Of a stretch of DNA of 64,000 nucleotides, positions 51,201-64,000 are shown piece after piece; positions within the stretch are counted from its first letter, which is position 1, and every line of letters starts with the position of its first letter. The notes under the pieces are model-generated. The model did no database searches. It was not told where the DNA came from and saw nothing but the letters and a program-made list of their open reading frames with translations. Position numbers and translations under genes: made by a program. Origin of the DNA: Yuukianura sp. NJ FZ-2021. Its lineage: Eukaryota. Location of the stretch: NCBI GenBank assembly GCA_046563655.1, contig CM102290.1:8060001-8124000 (forward strand). The letters are read 5' to 3'.

Positions 51201-54200
51201 CAAAAGGAAATGAAGCCGTCCGCATAAACTAAACAGTTTTAATTAGTCACGGCTTGGAGCTCAAAGTAGCTTCTTCTAAAACTTCAAAACCGAAAGGACT
51301 GGTGTATACATTTGTTATTAAACTTTTTTTTTTCAAAAGTTAAAAATTAAAAACAATTTGTTTCCTCTTTGTTGAAAAAACTTTGTTGCGTTTTGAATAT
51401 TGTAACCACTGTTTTTCTCACAGCTCACCTGTAAAACCACGTTGTTTGAGGAACTATTTTCTGTAACATTGAAAACTTTTTGAGACCAAAATCCAAACAA
51501 TTGGCTTTGAAGCAAATAAGAAATGACCTTGAATTTGAAAACCACTGAAAGCTGAGAGAAGGATGAATTGTTCAAAAGCAGTAACTTTCCAATCGGCTAA
51601 TTTCCTGTTTAACCTTTCTTCTCTTTTGACAGCTTCACTTTCATAATTTTCAAAACAGAAAAGTTTTCCAACCGAAAACTTTGTTTTAAAGGAGGAAAAA
51701 AATTTTCAGCACTTACAGTAGAGGTTGTTTCAGTGCAATCCCAACTGAGGCCAAAGTGAAAATTGGCATTCCAATTTTTTTATAAATGCTTTTTAAAAAA
51801 CTTCTAAAAAATATGAGTCTCCAAACTTCTTTCCAAAATTTTTCAATAAAAACTGTACTTTACTGTTTTCATTCACAAAAAAACTTTTTAAACACGGAAG
51901 TGGTATGATTATTTTCAAAATTTGTGCAGCTCATGACACTCAACTTTGAGCCAGTCTAGGAAAAAAATGTCTTGTTAATTATTTTAAAAAAGTTTACATG
52001 GACTGGCAAAAGTTGAACTAAATTTTGAATGAATGCATGGATACACAACAGTCTAGAAAAATTAGTTTGGAAAATGGAACGTGCTGTAGAGAACATTTTT
52101 GAAAATGATTTTAAATTTATGTGATTTATGGAACGAGCAACATTTTCCGGTCTCCTTGTTTGAAACTTTGCGGGCACAGTTTGAAATGTTGGAAACAATG
52201 GGAGGTTAGTTAATGCGAATGTCACGAATTTGCATTAGGGAAAAACAACAAAATCTACTGGAATATCCGGTACACGACACTCCGCTGACCACAATGCACC
52301 GGAGGACATTGAATTTCCTGTTGTCGTGATCAAAAGAAACTGTCATTACGGGAGCGCTTTGAAGTTGGTAATGGAATTGGATTTGTACGGCAGAAAACAG
52401 AATTGGTGGATGCAGCGATGCATAGAGCTGTGTCAAAAGTTGTTTCCTCCAACCATGAAATATTCTAGTCTAACAACAAATTTGTTTTCCGTTTCAAGAA
52501 TAAAAAATAACACAGTAAAGAAAAGAGGAAGAAAGTTTCTCTTGAGGAACTTTTTCGTTTCCATCCATACCTTGGAAACGCTTTTCAGCGAAAATCCTTT
52601 AGAGCATTATTAGTGTAAAAAGGGAAGTGAAAGTGAAGGTGTTGGCTTGATGATGGATGAGTTCTACATGGCTCACTTTCGCTTTCACTTGAGTAATAAT
52701 TGGTTTGGACGTTCCAACAACATCAAATGTCTTTTTCGTGAATTAGAATAGGAAACTCGTGGTTCTGAAAGGAGTTCTATCGGCGGCATAAGTTTGACAT
52801 CTTGTTCATCTTCATACCGCCGACGATCATACAATGGCCACAGCCTGTGACACGCGTCATTGCAGAAGAAAACGGCGTCATTGAAGAAGCGTCATTAAAA
52901 CTGTCGCTGCCACTCAATACTTTTCCTAAATTCTCGTTAAATTTTTTACCTAAAAAAGCTAGTGACTTTGAGCAGCTGAGCCAATCTGAAGATGAGTGGA
53001 GTCTACTTCAACTTCATAGATTTTGATTTTAGTGAAATTTTTCAGAACAAAACGGGATTAGTAATTCAAAACATTTACGATAACACTTTTACTTATGCTC
53101 AAACAAAATTTTAATAACTTTTTTTTAGAAAAACTAAAAACGCCCTTTCAATTTTGAACATGCTGCTTCTACTATTTTTTTTTCAAACGCTTATGTGGAA
53201 CTACTAATTTTTTTAGAACCAGCTCTACTTTAAACGCTAATGAACAAGGAAGCGGAAAATTTAAAAAATTAAATTCGTAAAAGCAGAGTGCTTTAAGTAA
53301 ATTTGAAGTTCATTAAAATTGAAGCTGATAGATAGATAGGTCAAACATGAGACTAGAAGCTCCTTTTGACTATTACTTTTACTTCGTTAAATTTGCCACG
53401 AGTGAACATTTACGTTTCTCGTAAAACTAGATTGGAGTCACTAAATTGAATTATGCCGTTGCATTGGCTCCAAATTTTTGCCCTTCCTTTAGTTTCATCA
53501 TCTTAGCCTGAACTATGACCTAATGAGTTCTTTTGAAGTCATTATTACAAAGTCACTCCGGTTTCATCATAAAGTTTTGATTTTTTTCAAATGGGTTTTC
53601 TAGTACAGTACACTTCAAGCCTCTGATCAAATGTAAATAAAAATGACTGTACAAAAATTGAATTGATTTCCAGGGTATGAAGAAAGCGGGGCTATCAAAG
53701 TTCAAGTGAAGCCTAAAACTTTCTAAATATCTATTTGAACAGTTTATACTCGAAATTCAATCTGCAATTGAAACGCCTGAAAAGTTATCCTCTAAAAATG
53801 AGTTCAAAGAAAATGAAAAGTACACTATGTTCCACGTGTTCTAAGCACTTCTTCACATGCTTTCACCAATGTACCAAAACTAGTAACATTTTGAACCGAT
53901 ATAATATGCTCTAGCAATGGGTATATTGTCATCACAAACAAGTATGTAGAAAGCTCTATACAAAAGCTTAGGGTAGGCTAACCTAACCTAAGCTTAGATC
54001 TACGTTCTCGGAAATTCGGATATTGTATGGAAAAAATATTATGTTTAAGTTAAAAAATAAACTTCACAAATTTCAGATCAGGCAAATTCGAAACCTAGTT
54101 TTCCAACATGTGCCTTCGAGAACCTAGTTTTTTTTTTTCAGAAAGAAAATTCAACTGTAAATCCAGAACGTGTGCGTCCTTCGCGACGGTCTTTGGAAAA

Positions 54201-57200
54201 TCTATATTGTATCCCGTGTCACTTTAGGGAGTAAGTCGTTTCGTCCTTTTGGCTTTCTAAGACTTTGTATTGAAACTTAAATTAAGTTGGGGAAAAGGTA
54301 TACCAGCAACAACTTTGGCATGTACAACACTGAAATATGAAATATTTTTTTAAATGAAAGTTATAAAACTTTTGATTGGTTCGTGGAAGCGTTTCTGATT
54401 TCCCCGCTGAATCCTGAGATGTGATGGTAATTTGAGTAAAATAAACAAGAAAAATTTCAAACGCACTTTCACCAAAAAAAAAGTATTCAGAAAATACTTA
54501 AGATTTGTAAACAACAAATAAACTAAATTAGTCTTCAAAGGTTGACTTTGACACGTGTTTGACTACGCTAAACCATACTAACGTCATAGTTATTTTTAGC
54601 AAACAGGAAATTTATAACCATTTCTAAATATTTGAGGCAGGAAAAGTATTAAAACGTAATTAATTTTTTAATTGTCCCAATATTAAATAAAACGAATAAA
54701 AAGTCATGGGCAATTTTAATAAAATTACTTCATATGTTACTACAAATTAACTCAAAAAGTGATTTGCGCTATACAAGAAAAAGAGAATCCATTTCCATTT
54801 CCCACCTTCAAAAACAACTTTGTGGGAAATTTCAATTTTTGGTTGTTTTTGTTTCCAAAGTTGTCAAAAGCGGTTTCAAAACTCCACTTTCTTTTTCTGC
54901 CGAGATACAATTTGAGACTGGAGATTTTTCAAAGTTAAAAGAAACCCATGGAGTAAAGAAAGGTCTAGAAGTAAAATTTTTCTATAAATCATAAAAACAA
55001 AAGGAAGGAGAGAAAACCGTTGAAGATTTGAGCAGATTTCACGGCCCACGGAGCGTCAAGACAAGTTCAATCAATCATGTCTTTGCTTTCGGAAACCGAC
55101 CGAGGGAAAGGAGAAACCCTTGCGAATTTAGAAGTGATCTCTTTTGCAAAGTCTCTTCACTCGGCGGTTTCAAGATCTGCATCTCTAAGGAAACTGGTTA
55201 GTCGTTCGGAGGTTCAAGATCACTTGAGCACGGGTTCTCAAACCACCGTGTAGGGTACGTAATGTACTAAGCTGTAGTACTCCCTAAGACTTTTTTGAGA
55301 GGATTAAATTAAGTATGAAAGGGTTTGAAGTAGAAAATATTTACTTTCTCCTTGCTGCCTCGCGCCTCAATCCGCTTAAAATCTTTTCACTACCGGAATT
55401 TGGATTCTTGGAATTTTTTTTCAACAGGCATCTTTAGAACATGTTCCAATTTTCTTTGCAAATTACGATTCAGGAAAAAAACTCAGTTTTTTGGAATCTT
55501 AGCAACAAATATAAAAATGGAACTATGAGTCGACTCGACTAACCTTGCTATTAAATTGAAAACGTTAATTAGAATCTGATGTAGAAGATAAGCTACGAAA
55601 CAAGAAAGCACTTGTTGAAGCGATAGTTTGAACAACTTGGAAGCGGAAAAGTTTATAAGAGCGTGGCTTCAAGTGCTTGATTTTGGAAAACAAAAGTATC
55701 TGATCCAGAAAAGGGTAAAATAGGAACGATTGCTGAAAACAAAAGTGGGTTGTGAGAGTGCTAGCCTTGGGAATTCGTCAAGTGTGTGCGTAGTGCTACG
55801 AAACATTGGATAATAGTTATATAGTTATACCTTCAGATTCTTACACAAAAACTTACCAAGTGGAAGGACAAAGAAAAATGGAAACCAGCAAAGAAGAAAG
55901 GCTCCGACGACGATTGCCAACGTCTTTGCCGCCTTTTTCTGTCTCCTGAATTTTGCAATTTTTCCAAAACCAGCGTTGAGTTTTCGCTCGGGAGAGGATG
56001 ACGGTGGCGACGGAGTCAAAGAGTTCGGACGACTTCCATTCAGCCCCCCACCACCGCTGCCCCCGAAACCATTCCCCACCACTCCACCTCCGCCCTGGCG
56101 ACGCAAACTACTGACATTGTTTGGGTGCTGAAAGTGGTGCCCTCTGCAGCCGCGTGAAGGGCGTAGAGCCCTTGGAGTGAAACAAGTCCAATTCAGTTCA
56201 GGAATATGCTTGCCACTGTGCTGTTTCCCACCACCGCCGCCCCCTCCACGGTGAACCCTGAGAACAATTCCAGTTTCATGACCATAATCATCCACTACGC
56301 CAGCATGAGAATGTGACGAAGACGAAGAGAGTTCAGGTCGGGCCAGGGGGGCCAACTGTTTCGTGCCAACTTTTGACCCTGCATGTCCATTTCCTGGATG
56401 TGGATAGTCTGTCTTAGGAGATGTTCTTATCATGGCTAGGTCGGGCGTTGAATTGGCCCGCCCCGTGGCTCCACCAAGGTGGATCCGAAGAGTTACGTCC
56501 TGTTTCGTAGTTTTGATTCCACATTCCAGAAATTTCGTTTGTCGAATAGCAGCTTTGTAAATTTTCCAGTAAACAATCAAAATGATAAGCATCGGCAGGT
56601 AAAATGATCCAGTGGCTGAGAATAGAACATAGCCAAGCTCCTTGTTGATGGTACAATCGTAGGGCATACTGGGCGGACCTATTTTTTAAATTTAAATATC
56701 CAAACCTTAACATTTGCGGTTTAAATCTTCCAATAATAAAAGCATTAAATGCTGTCGACAATACATGGCAAATCAAATGCAGTTGGACTGAGAAAAACCA
56801 CACAAGTGCATGCTCACCTTTCCATCCAAAAAGTGGTCCAATGCTGATGGTGATTGAAATAGCCCATATAAGTACCATCAGAATTGACGTCCGCTTGCCC
56901 AGCATGATTGTGGAGTAGCTGAGTGGAAAATTGACGCCGATGTAACGATCGACGCTAATAGCACATAGAGAAAATATGGAGGCCTATGGAACAAATAGTG
57001 TTGGTTCACAATGTTAAACTTATTACAAACAAGTGTATTACAAAAAACTTTTGATCATATGGATGACCTTTGGCGAAGAAAACCTTCTCTTTTAGGAAGG
57101 CCACATAACCTCTTAACCTAATCTTCACTTAATATCATTCCATTTGTCTTACCGTGCAGTAGAGAACGTCAATTGCAGCCCAAATTCCACAAAAAGTTTC

Positions 57201-60200
57201 TCCGAAGTACCATCTAGTAAAGAAAAAAAAACACAAAAATGTAATTTTCTTAAAGAAAAAATGAGCTTCACAAGAATTCTTTTGGGATCGTCAGCAGAGA
57301 AAGTCGGTTGCATTTGTCTTGATGGAGAAGTCTATACAGTAGAAGAGGCAAAGGCAGTAGCCATAATCAAATTTAAACTACTAGAATGGAAGTGTTACAA
57401 AATGTACAAAATGAATCCAATTCCTGCTTTTTATTTTTTTGTAGTAAAATTGAGTTTTTTGTCCTTTGAACATTTAATTGTATTATTTTTTCTTACGAAA
57501 TCGAAAGAGTTTTGTTCAATTTCTTTTTTCAAAGGTCAGCTTTTCAGTAAAACGTCAAAAGTGAAACTGTTTGATTGTGCTACATCATTCCATACTTTGT
57601 CAAATGTGTCAAAGAGGTCTGACGCTTATTTTTCCAAGTTAAAACTGATCAACAAGTGACTATGTCAAGATTTCAAGATTTCTTGGTAGTGCCTAGTGTT
57701 TGCCCATATGTCATTGTAGTCCAATTTTGAATATACTGTTTTTTTAAAAAGAAGAACAAACCGAGTGTTACAAATCTAAAACCGAAAGTGTCACTTTTCT
57801 CCACAACCGAAAACATTTCGTGCAACGAGGGTAGAGACAAAACAATCTTCTTCTAACAAAAGAAAAAAGTAGACACGGTTCGGTATGATTTAAAATTATT
57901 CCCTCTGCTGCCATTACTCACAAAAATGAGAGGAGAATTTTATTTTATTTTTTAAAAAGTTGGTGTTTATGGAGACTGAGGCAGTATATTCTTGGAGCAA
58001 AACGTAACTTTTTTGTACTGGTGGTAGCAGTCTCGCTGTGAAAGTGAACTTTTGTGTGTCATTTTGAGATACAAAAGTCTCAATCCATTTCGTTTCTTTC
58101 GCGCTGTTGACAAATAGGAAGAATGTTTCCAAAGACTTTCTTTTCCAAATTCAATTCAGAATGGAAAGAGAGAGCCTTAAGGCACGTCCTACGTTTCTTT
58201 ACAGAATGAAATGAGGAAGTGGAAATTCGGTTAGCTCCGCTTCGAACTTTTTTTATAGAACAGTAAGTGTGGATTAGAAAAATTCGCACTTTTTGGAGCG
58301 TCAGTAAAAAAAAATTTCTTAGAAACTTCCATTTCATAATAAAAGACCTTGAAACTTGAACCGCATGTGAGGCATTTAGTTTTTGCAACACTGTCAGATC
58401 AACGAATCAGAACTCGATTTAGAAAAGTTTCCATTTCTTATTTTAAAAAGTTTAAGAATTCGAGATTTGCAAAATTTTGAAAAGAGAAACTGAAATGGTC
58501 ATTCTGTATTTATATCGGCCCGCCAACAGAAATTTTTTAATTTGTTTTTGTTTCCGATTTGTGGGGGGCATAACGCAATGGATTATTATTAGAACAAGAT
58601 ATTTTCAGTATTTCGAGTGACTCATTTCTTACTTTTCCGAATTGGTTTTCGAAAAGAAAATAAATAAGAACCGACAGAGAAATGGCCGCTTCAATAACTC
58701 TTCCAACTTGTCTGGGAAGCACGTGGAAATGGAACCTTTTTTTTAAATGAAGGTTGTGACCTTCACTGCTGAAAAACTGCGCAAAAAAACGGAACTGACA
58801 GAGAAAAAACATCCAAGAAAAAAATAGACCCTGAGCGAAGTCTATAATAAAATTTTAAAATATGAAGTTGAAGCTCCTTACTGCAAAATGAATTTAAACG
58901 TTGACTTTGTCAAATTCAGTTGAAGGCTAACAAAATTGTTTGATACAAAAAAAAAAAAACAACCAATTCAATTTGTATTCTTAGAAAAATAAATTCGTCG
59001 GATCGCTGAATGCAAGATTCAAAAAGAGTGAAAGCGACTTTTCACTGGTTTTAAATTATTCACAATCAAAAGCGCAGTAGTAATTCGACCATTTGTGCAG
59101 TTTCATATTTTTTCTGAGAATCATATTAACTTTGTCAAAGGATGAGAAGGAAATTTTGTGACTTTCAAATTTCATTAACAAAGAAGAACAAATCTGGAGC
59201 CCGAACAGACACAAAACGTAGCACAATTTTAGCAGTGGTTGGAAGAAAATGAGCGTCTTCGAGTGAATTTAATTCCACCATCGTTAGATTCTCTCGCACC
59301 GGGCCACCGCCGCCGTAAAGTGAGAACACTCTTCTTTGAAATAATAAAAAATTAAGACAAAACGAAACACCTTTACAGTTGTTCTCAATTAATTTAAATG
59401 TCAGAGAAATAAAACTCCGTGTTCATGTTCTTTATTAGTTTTTTTTATTGCATCTTTTCGAAAAAAAAAAAAGAGCTCAAATTTCTTGAAAAAAATACTT
59501 TTGTGGCTGTTTGCGCTTCAACCTTGCACTCGTTCAAGGTTTTTCGTTCAAGGGGATTAAAATTTTTGAAACAAACTCAGGTTCAAACCTTTAGGCGCCA
59601 GTATTTAAAAGAAATCTCCGCCGGTTTTAAAAAAAACTTCACGTTTACGTAGTCTTTCTTTAGAAAGTGATGGGAAATTAAACCTTGAAGCTCAATTAAC
59701 TCTGCATTTGAAAGGGAGAGTTTGTGCATTACAGGATTAAGTAGTTGTGTAAAGGCTCAACTCAAAGGACTTTAACTGAGCCCTTAATGCCTAACAAAGT
59801 GGAAAGTCCTACACATAAAAACGTGTGTCATGTGTCAAAGGAGTCATAAAAAACGTTTCGACTAAAAAGTAAGCTAGCGACTTTGCAGCAACACTTTTAG
59901 TTAGATATAGCTTGGAAAGGAGGGTAGGCAGGAAGTAAATCGCTAAGTACGTTCATTCAAAAGTAATGGAATGCGCTTATCTTTAGTTTCCAATCTGGAT
60001 TTGACATCGTTTGCGGCACAAGTGTACCAAAATATCAACAATCTAGAAACGAACCAGCTAAACATGGTAAACAGAAATACAAAATTTAACCAGTGCACAC
60101 AATCTACACCAAAATCGATCATTTTTGAATTTCATTAAGATCTACGTTCAAAAAAGTGAAGCAAGGTATACTCTCTGTGTATGAATTTTTTTTGTCAAAA

Positions 60201-60792
60201 AACGTTTGAATAGCTATATTGGATAACACCTTCAAAGGTAAATGGCATGAGCAAAATTTCAAAAAAATTCACCAAAAATATTGTTGGTGTTAAAAGATTT
60301 CAAAGGCGGTTTCTCCAGTGAAGATTTTTTTTTGTTTTTTTTTTCCAATTTGTCCCTAATTTTACCATATTTTTCTTGTATGTCGATCGCTTTGTGTTGA
60401 TAATTTGGTTGGGTTTGACCGAGTATGAAGGTAGCATTAAGCTTTGAGGTCAGGAGGAGAGTTCGACGGAATCAAGTTGCCAAGGGATATTAGCGAGGTA
60501 CTTACTTTCCCGTGATTTCAAAGACAGCCGAGAATGGCAAAACTGTCAAGCCCAATCCAAGGTCTGCAACGGCCAAGTTCACAATCAAGTAATGCGTCGA
60601 GCTGCGCAGATTTGGACTCAGCGCAACTGCAAAGAGAACGAGCACGTTTCCACCAATAGTCAATAGGATGATGACGGTAAGGGCCAGGGCTTTCAGCAGA
60701 CCAATCGTCAACGGAAGTGGAGCATTCACACAATTTTTTAAGTCATCCAGTTGTTCGTTCCACGCACAGGGCATGCCGGTCGAGTTCGCCAT
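48297..60792 (-). CDS. Class A aminergic GPCR, alpha-1 adrenergic receptor-like, 537 aa; exons 60506-60792, 57153-57213, 56818-56983, 55857-56678, 48624-48720, 48297-48477
   Basis: All six exons join in frame (1614 nt) with GT-AG sites. GGNVLV, NLAVADL, VLPFSA, WYFG..C.IWAAIDVLYCTAS, DRYIGV, ISIGPLFGW, GYVLFSATGSFYLP, KKAAKTLAIVVG, CWFPFFFVLPL, FWLGYMNSCLNPFIY. An acceptor just upstream of the ATG suggests a further 5' exon. Confidence 0.93.
49315..49551. mobile_element. Non-autonomous DNA-transposon relic with 8-bp TSD, in the large GPCR intron
   Basis: Direct repeat gttctaat at 49307-49314 and 49552-49559, GG...CC termini, left-arm tandem tcaact motifs versus right-arm agttga motifs. Confidence 0.75.
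50640..50725. repeat. T-rich low-complexity tract (tttc/tttg)
   Basis: Seen directly. Confidence 0.85.
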
Positions 60793-61847
60793 GAGAGTAT
60801 CGTTGAAATAAATCTGAAACAAATTGAACAAGAACAAACAAAAATTTGGTAAAACGTTAGGTCTACTTGAGCTCATTTCGTCTACTAAGTCTGCACCCAA
60901 CAAAATTATTGAAGTGCGGCGCCATTGCTGCAGGACTTTTTTAACTTTGACCTCCAAAGTTTACAACGACTTTGGATGGAAAGTAAAAATGTGAGAACAT
61001 TCTCACAAGGTCGTTGGACCAAAAACAAAAGTTTCCTGGAAATTGTCAACTAACTTGAGTAAAATATGTAACTATGTGTAAAACCCGGGAAAATGTTTCC
61101 CACAAACCTCTGTTCTGGAACGTCAAAATTAATTTTGTACTCCCTAAACCCAGGTTACACCAAAAAACCAAAACACTTTCCCTCTCCACTTTCCAAAATG
61201 AAAGTTAAAACTCATGGACCAGAAAATCAGTTGTATAGATGGAAAGTCTGCATCACCAACTACTACGATACAATTAATCAACCAAGCACTACATGCCAAC
61301 CCTCAACTCTGGTCTTGTGTAGCTTATTTTCAGACTGTTTCACAACTGTAACTCACAGATTGATTCAAATCTAAACACAAATGAGACTTTCGCAACGAAT
61401 ATAGCATTTCCGGTGAACTTGGAATTTGGCAATACCCGCCGGAAGTGATATTGAAATCAAATTTTCAAGAAATGGAAAAGTTTGTATTAGTTTTCATGCA
61501 TACTCTAAATTTGTAAAGATCTGGATTGAATTTTGGAACTTGTTTGCAGCATAAATACAAACCCTGTAGGTGTACATTTTCACATTTTCGGAATATATGC
61601 ATTTGCGTATATATTTTTTACAAACATGCCGAAGAACATTTTGGAAGCGAGACTTTGGCTTCAGTGGATATTCACACGTCTAAGTTGATTCAAAATTTGA
61701 AAAGTCTTATTCCTATTTAAATTTTCAATTTTTTTCCTTCAGATTTCTTTTTAGAATAAAAAATCTAGCCGAGTTTTAGTAAATTCTTTCATGCAGACTT
61801 TCACCTTCATCACTTTTTCGTATACTTTCTCACTTCGTAGGATAAAA

Positions 61848-62198
61848 AAAAATACCACGGTCGAATTTCTAATTTGTTGTTTCGGATGCATTAGTATTTT
61901 TTTTGTAAAGCACCACGCTCGAATTTCTAATTTGATGTTTTCGATGCAGTAGTTTTTTTTTAAAATACCACGGTCGAATTTCTAATTTGATGTTTTCGAT
62001 GCATTAGTTTTCTTCTTGTAAAATACCACGGTAGAATTTCTAATGTGTTGTCTTCGATGCATTATTTTTTTTTTTTGTAAAATACTACGGTAGAATTTCT
62101 AATTTGTTATCTTCGGTGCATTTTTTTTTTGTAAAATACGAAATATCACGGCAGAATTTCTAATTTGTTGTATTTGACGCAGTAGTCTTTTTTTTAAA
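61848..62198. repeat. Tandem repeat, 6 copies of an approximately 55-61-bp unit
   Basis: Consensus aaataccacggt(c/a)gaatttctaatttg(t/a)tgttttcgatgca(t/g)tag(t)n-gta recurring at about 61851, 61909, 61964, 62021, 62081 and 62141. Confidence 0.92.
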
Positions 62199-64000
62199 TA
62201 AGTTTTTTTTCTACTTCTTCACTTCTTCAATTCTTCACTAATTCCTACCACATGCATTGAAGTGCCAGAATTTGCGTATAATGATATCTATAATGCGTGT
62301 GATGTAATAATCTTTGCACTCGTTTTATGATATAAATGAGATAGAATAATTAATATGTTTTATGTACTGATAAATAACATATAATATTATAATATTCAAC
62401 ACAGCATTTAGGTTCCCTTTATTCGCGTGTTACTATACTGTAAAGCAATGAAAATACATTTTTGTTAAAAAACAAAATCCCCATCATGCCCCAAATCCCC
62501 ATCTCCGATCATGGGGAAAACCCCATTAATCCCCAATAGGGTGGGGGTCATACTAACACTGGTTTATGTATACTGCTGCTTTCAATAAAAATTAATTAAA
62601 ATGTAGAATCAATAAATGGATACACTTTATTTAGTCCAGCTGCTTTCTAAAAGATGGAATCTTGTCAAATGAAATAGTATTGTAACAACTTAACTGCTAA
62701 CTCACTTTCTCCAATGACATTGGACATAAAAATTAAATCTTCTGTTCAAGAATCAAGAATCCTTTTGTTTAGATAACCTCAACTGAACTACGTGCAGCAT
62801 TTATAGCCCTTTGGACTTTTGCAGCTCAAGTGCCAGTTAAAGTTGATAAAAGGTCACTTCCAGGAAAAACTTTTACTTCCGGATTTACGTCTCAGATAAA
62901 AAAATAGAACAGCAAATCTTCACAGCAAAGGTTTATGGGAGTTTTAGAGAATCTATGAAAGCCGCCCTCACAATAACTTGCTTATGCTCATTTGTTTGAA
63001 CAGTTCTTAAGCTTCAGGCAGGCATTCTCCAATATACCTTTCCACACTTTTCCCACAAACCAACTCTCTCTCAAAAAAATTTCAAGGAAAAAGTCATAAG
63101 TTTCACTGCCAAAAATATGGCACACTTTTCATAAAAAGCTTAATTTGAACTACACTCAACATTTACTTAAGAAAACACCTGGAAAACTTTTGTAACATAA
63201 AAGCTATCGTCAATTTATGTAGAAAAATGATGTTTCCATTAATATTTAGAACTCGTAAGTATGCGTGTATGAAAGAACTAATAAAAACAGGCAGTTATGT
63301 TTTTTCAAATGATGTTTCTCTTTTTATGCTTTGAAACCATCAAAACAACAGTTGTTGTGATACATCGTATAGTGAAGAAAGTGTGCTTTCTGTGGTATTG
63401 GCTCCTTTGTATTACTTTGTTTCGTCATTGTTGAGACCTGAAATCTCCCTTCTTTGAATTGTAAGCCAAAGGGAAGGTTGGGAAATGTTCCTTTAGATGG
63501 CTTCCATTTTCTACCCATAGTACAACTCTACTGAAAATCTACAGTAAAAGCAATTTCGGATTGTGTATTGACTCCCTTCAACAAATCCCTTTGTCCGAAA
63601 TCTTCCTTCTCACTTTCTCCCAATGGACCAATCTTTGTAATTCTCCAAGAATCTATTTTATACAATTCCCAAATCAAACTTTCTCTTCAGCTTCAAACTT
63701 GCATTTTTCCTTGCCAACTCCAATCTAGCCTAAACCATTGGCCTCTGCCAGGGAACTACAGTCAAATTCCAGTAAAATGAGAATTGTAACCAGAGATAAC
63801 CTAACCACAGTTAGGCTGAACGTCAGCAACTCTATAGAGAAATGAGTTTAAATTTTTGTTTCAAATATTTGACCTTGGCCTCTTTCCTGGCCTAAGAATT
63901 CCAATTAGTTAGAAGGTCAAAGGCTATTTTCGTTTTAAACAAAAACTTGTTGAATTTAAATTTACTGTATGTTAGAATGACTGTGTTGAACAGAAAAAGT

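Noticed and set aside
57144..57659. 171-aa plus-strand ORF
   Set aside because: Antisense to a GPCR exon and intron, TTG start, K/F-rich composition typical of AT-rich noncoding DNA.
61848..62198. Repeat array as CRISPR
   Set aside because: Units are contiguous and degenerate, with only T-tract variation and no spacers.
62478..62561. cccca-rich segment ending in aacactg, like a hAT right end
   Set aside because: No matching left TIR or TSD found nearby.

Overview
AT-rich eukaryotic genomic DNA with many short (about 55-140 bp) GT-AG introns. The gene set (ABCH transporter, Argos-like protein) points to an arthropod, possibly a springtail-like non-insect hexapod; the taxon is inference only. 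I rebuilt ten spliced genes by hand. In order: the 3' end of an Argos/scoloptoxin-like Cys-rich protein (+), Sac2/INPP5F (-), C2orf42-like zinc-finger protein (+), ABCH transporter (-), P5CS/ALDH18A1 (-), an IB-Kazal-Ig IGFBP-related protein (-), TMED9-like p24 (-), DDRGK1 (+), a two-exon secreted protein (+) and an aminergic GPCR (-). There is also a decayed spliced gene and several small non-autonomous DNA-transposon relics and tandem repeats. Two items stand out. (1) The GPCR carries alpha-1 adrenergic rather than octopamine/dopamine receptor signatures and has its largest intron at the position I recall for vertebrate ADRA1 genes, which suggests alpha-1 adrenergic-type signalling in an arthropod. 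(2) The secreted protein resembles a fungal family, making it a horizontal-transfer candidate. All homology calls are from motif recognition and memory; no searches were run.
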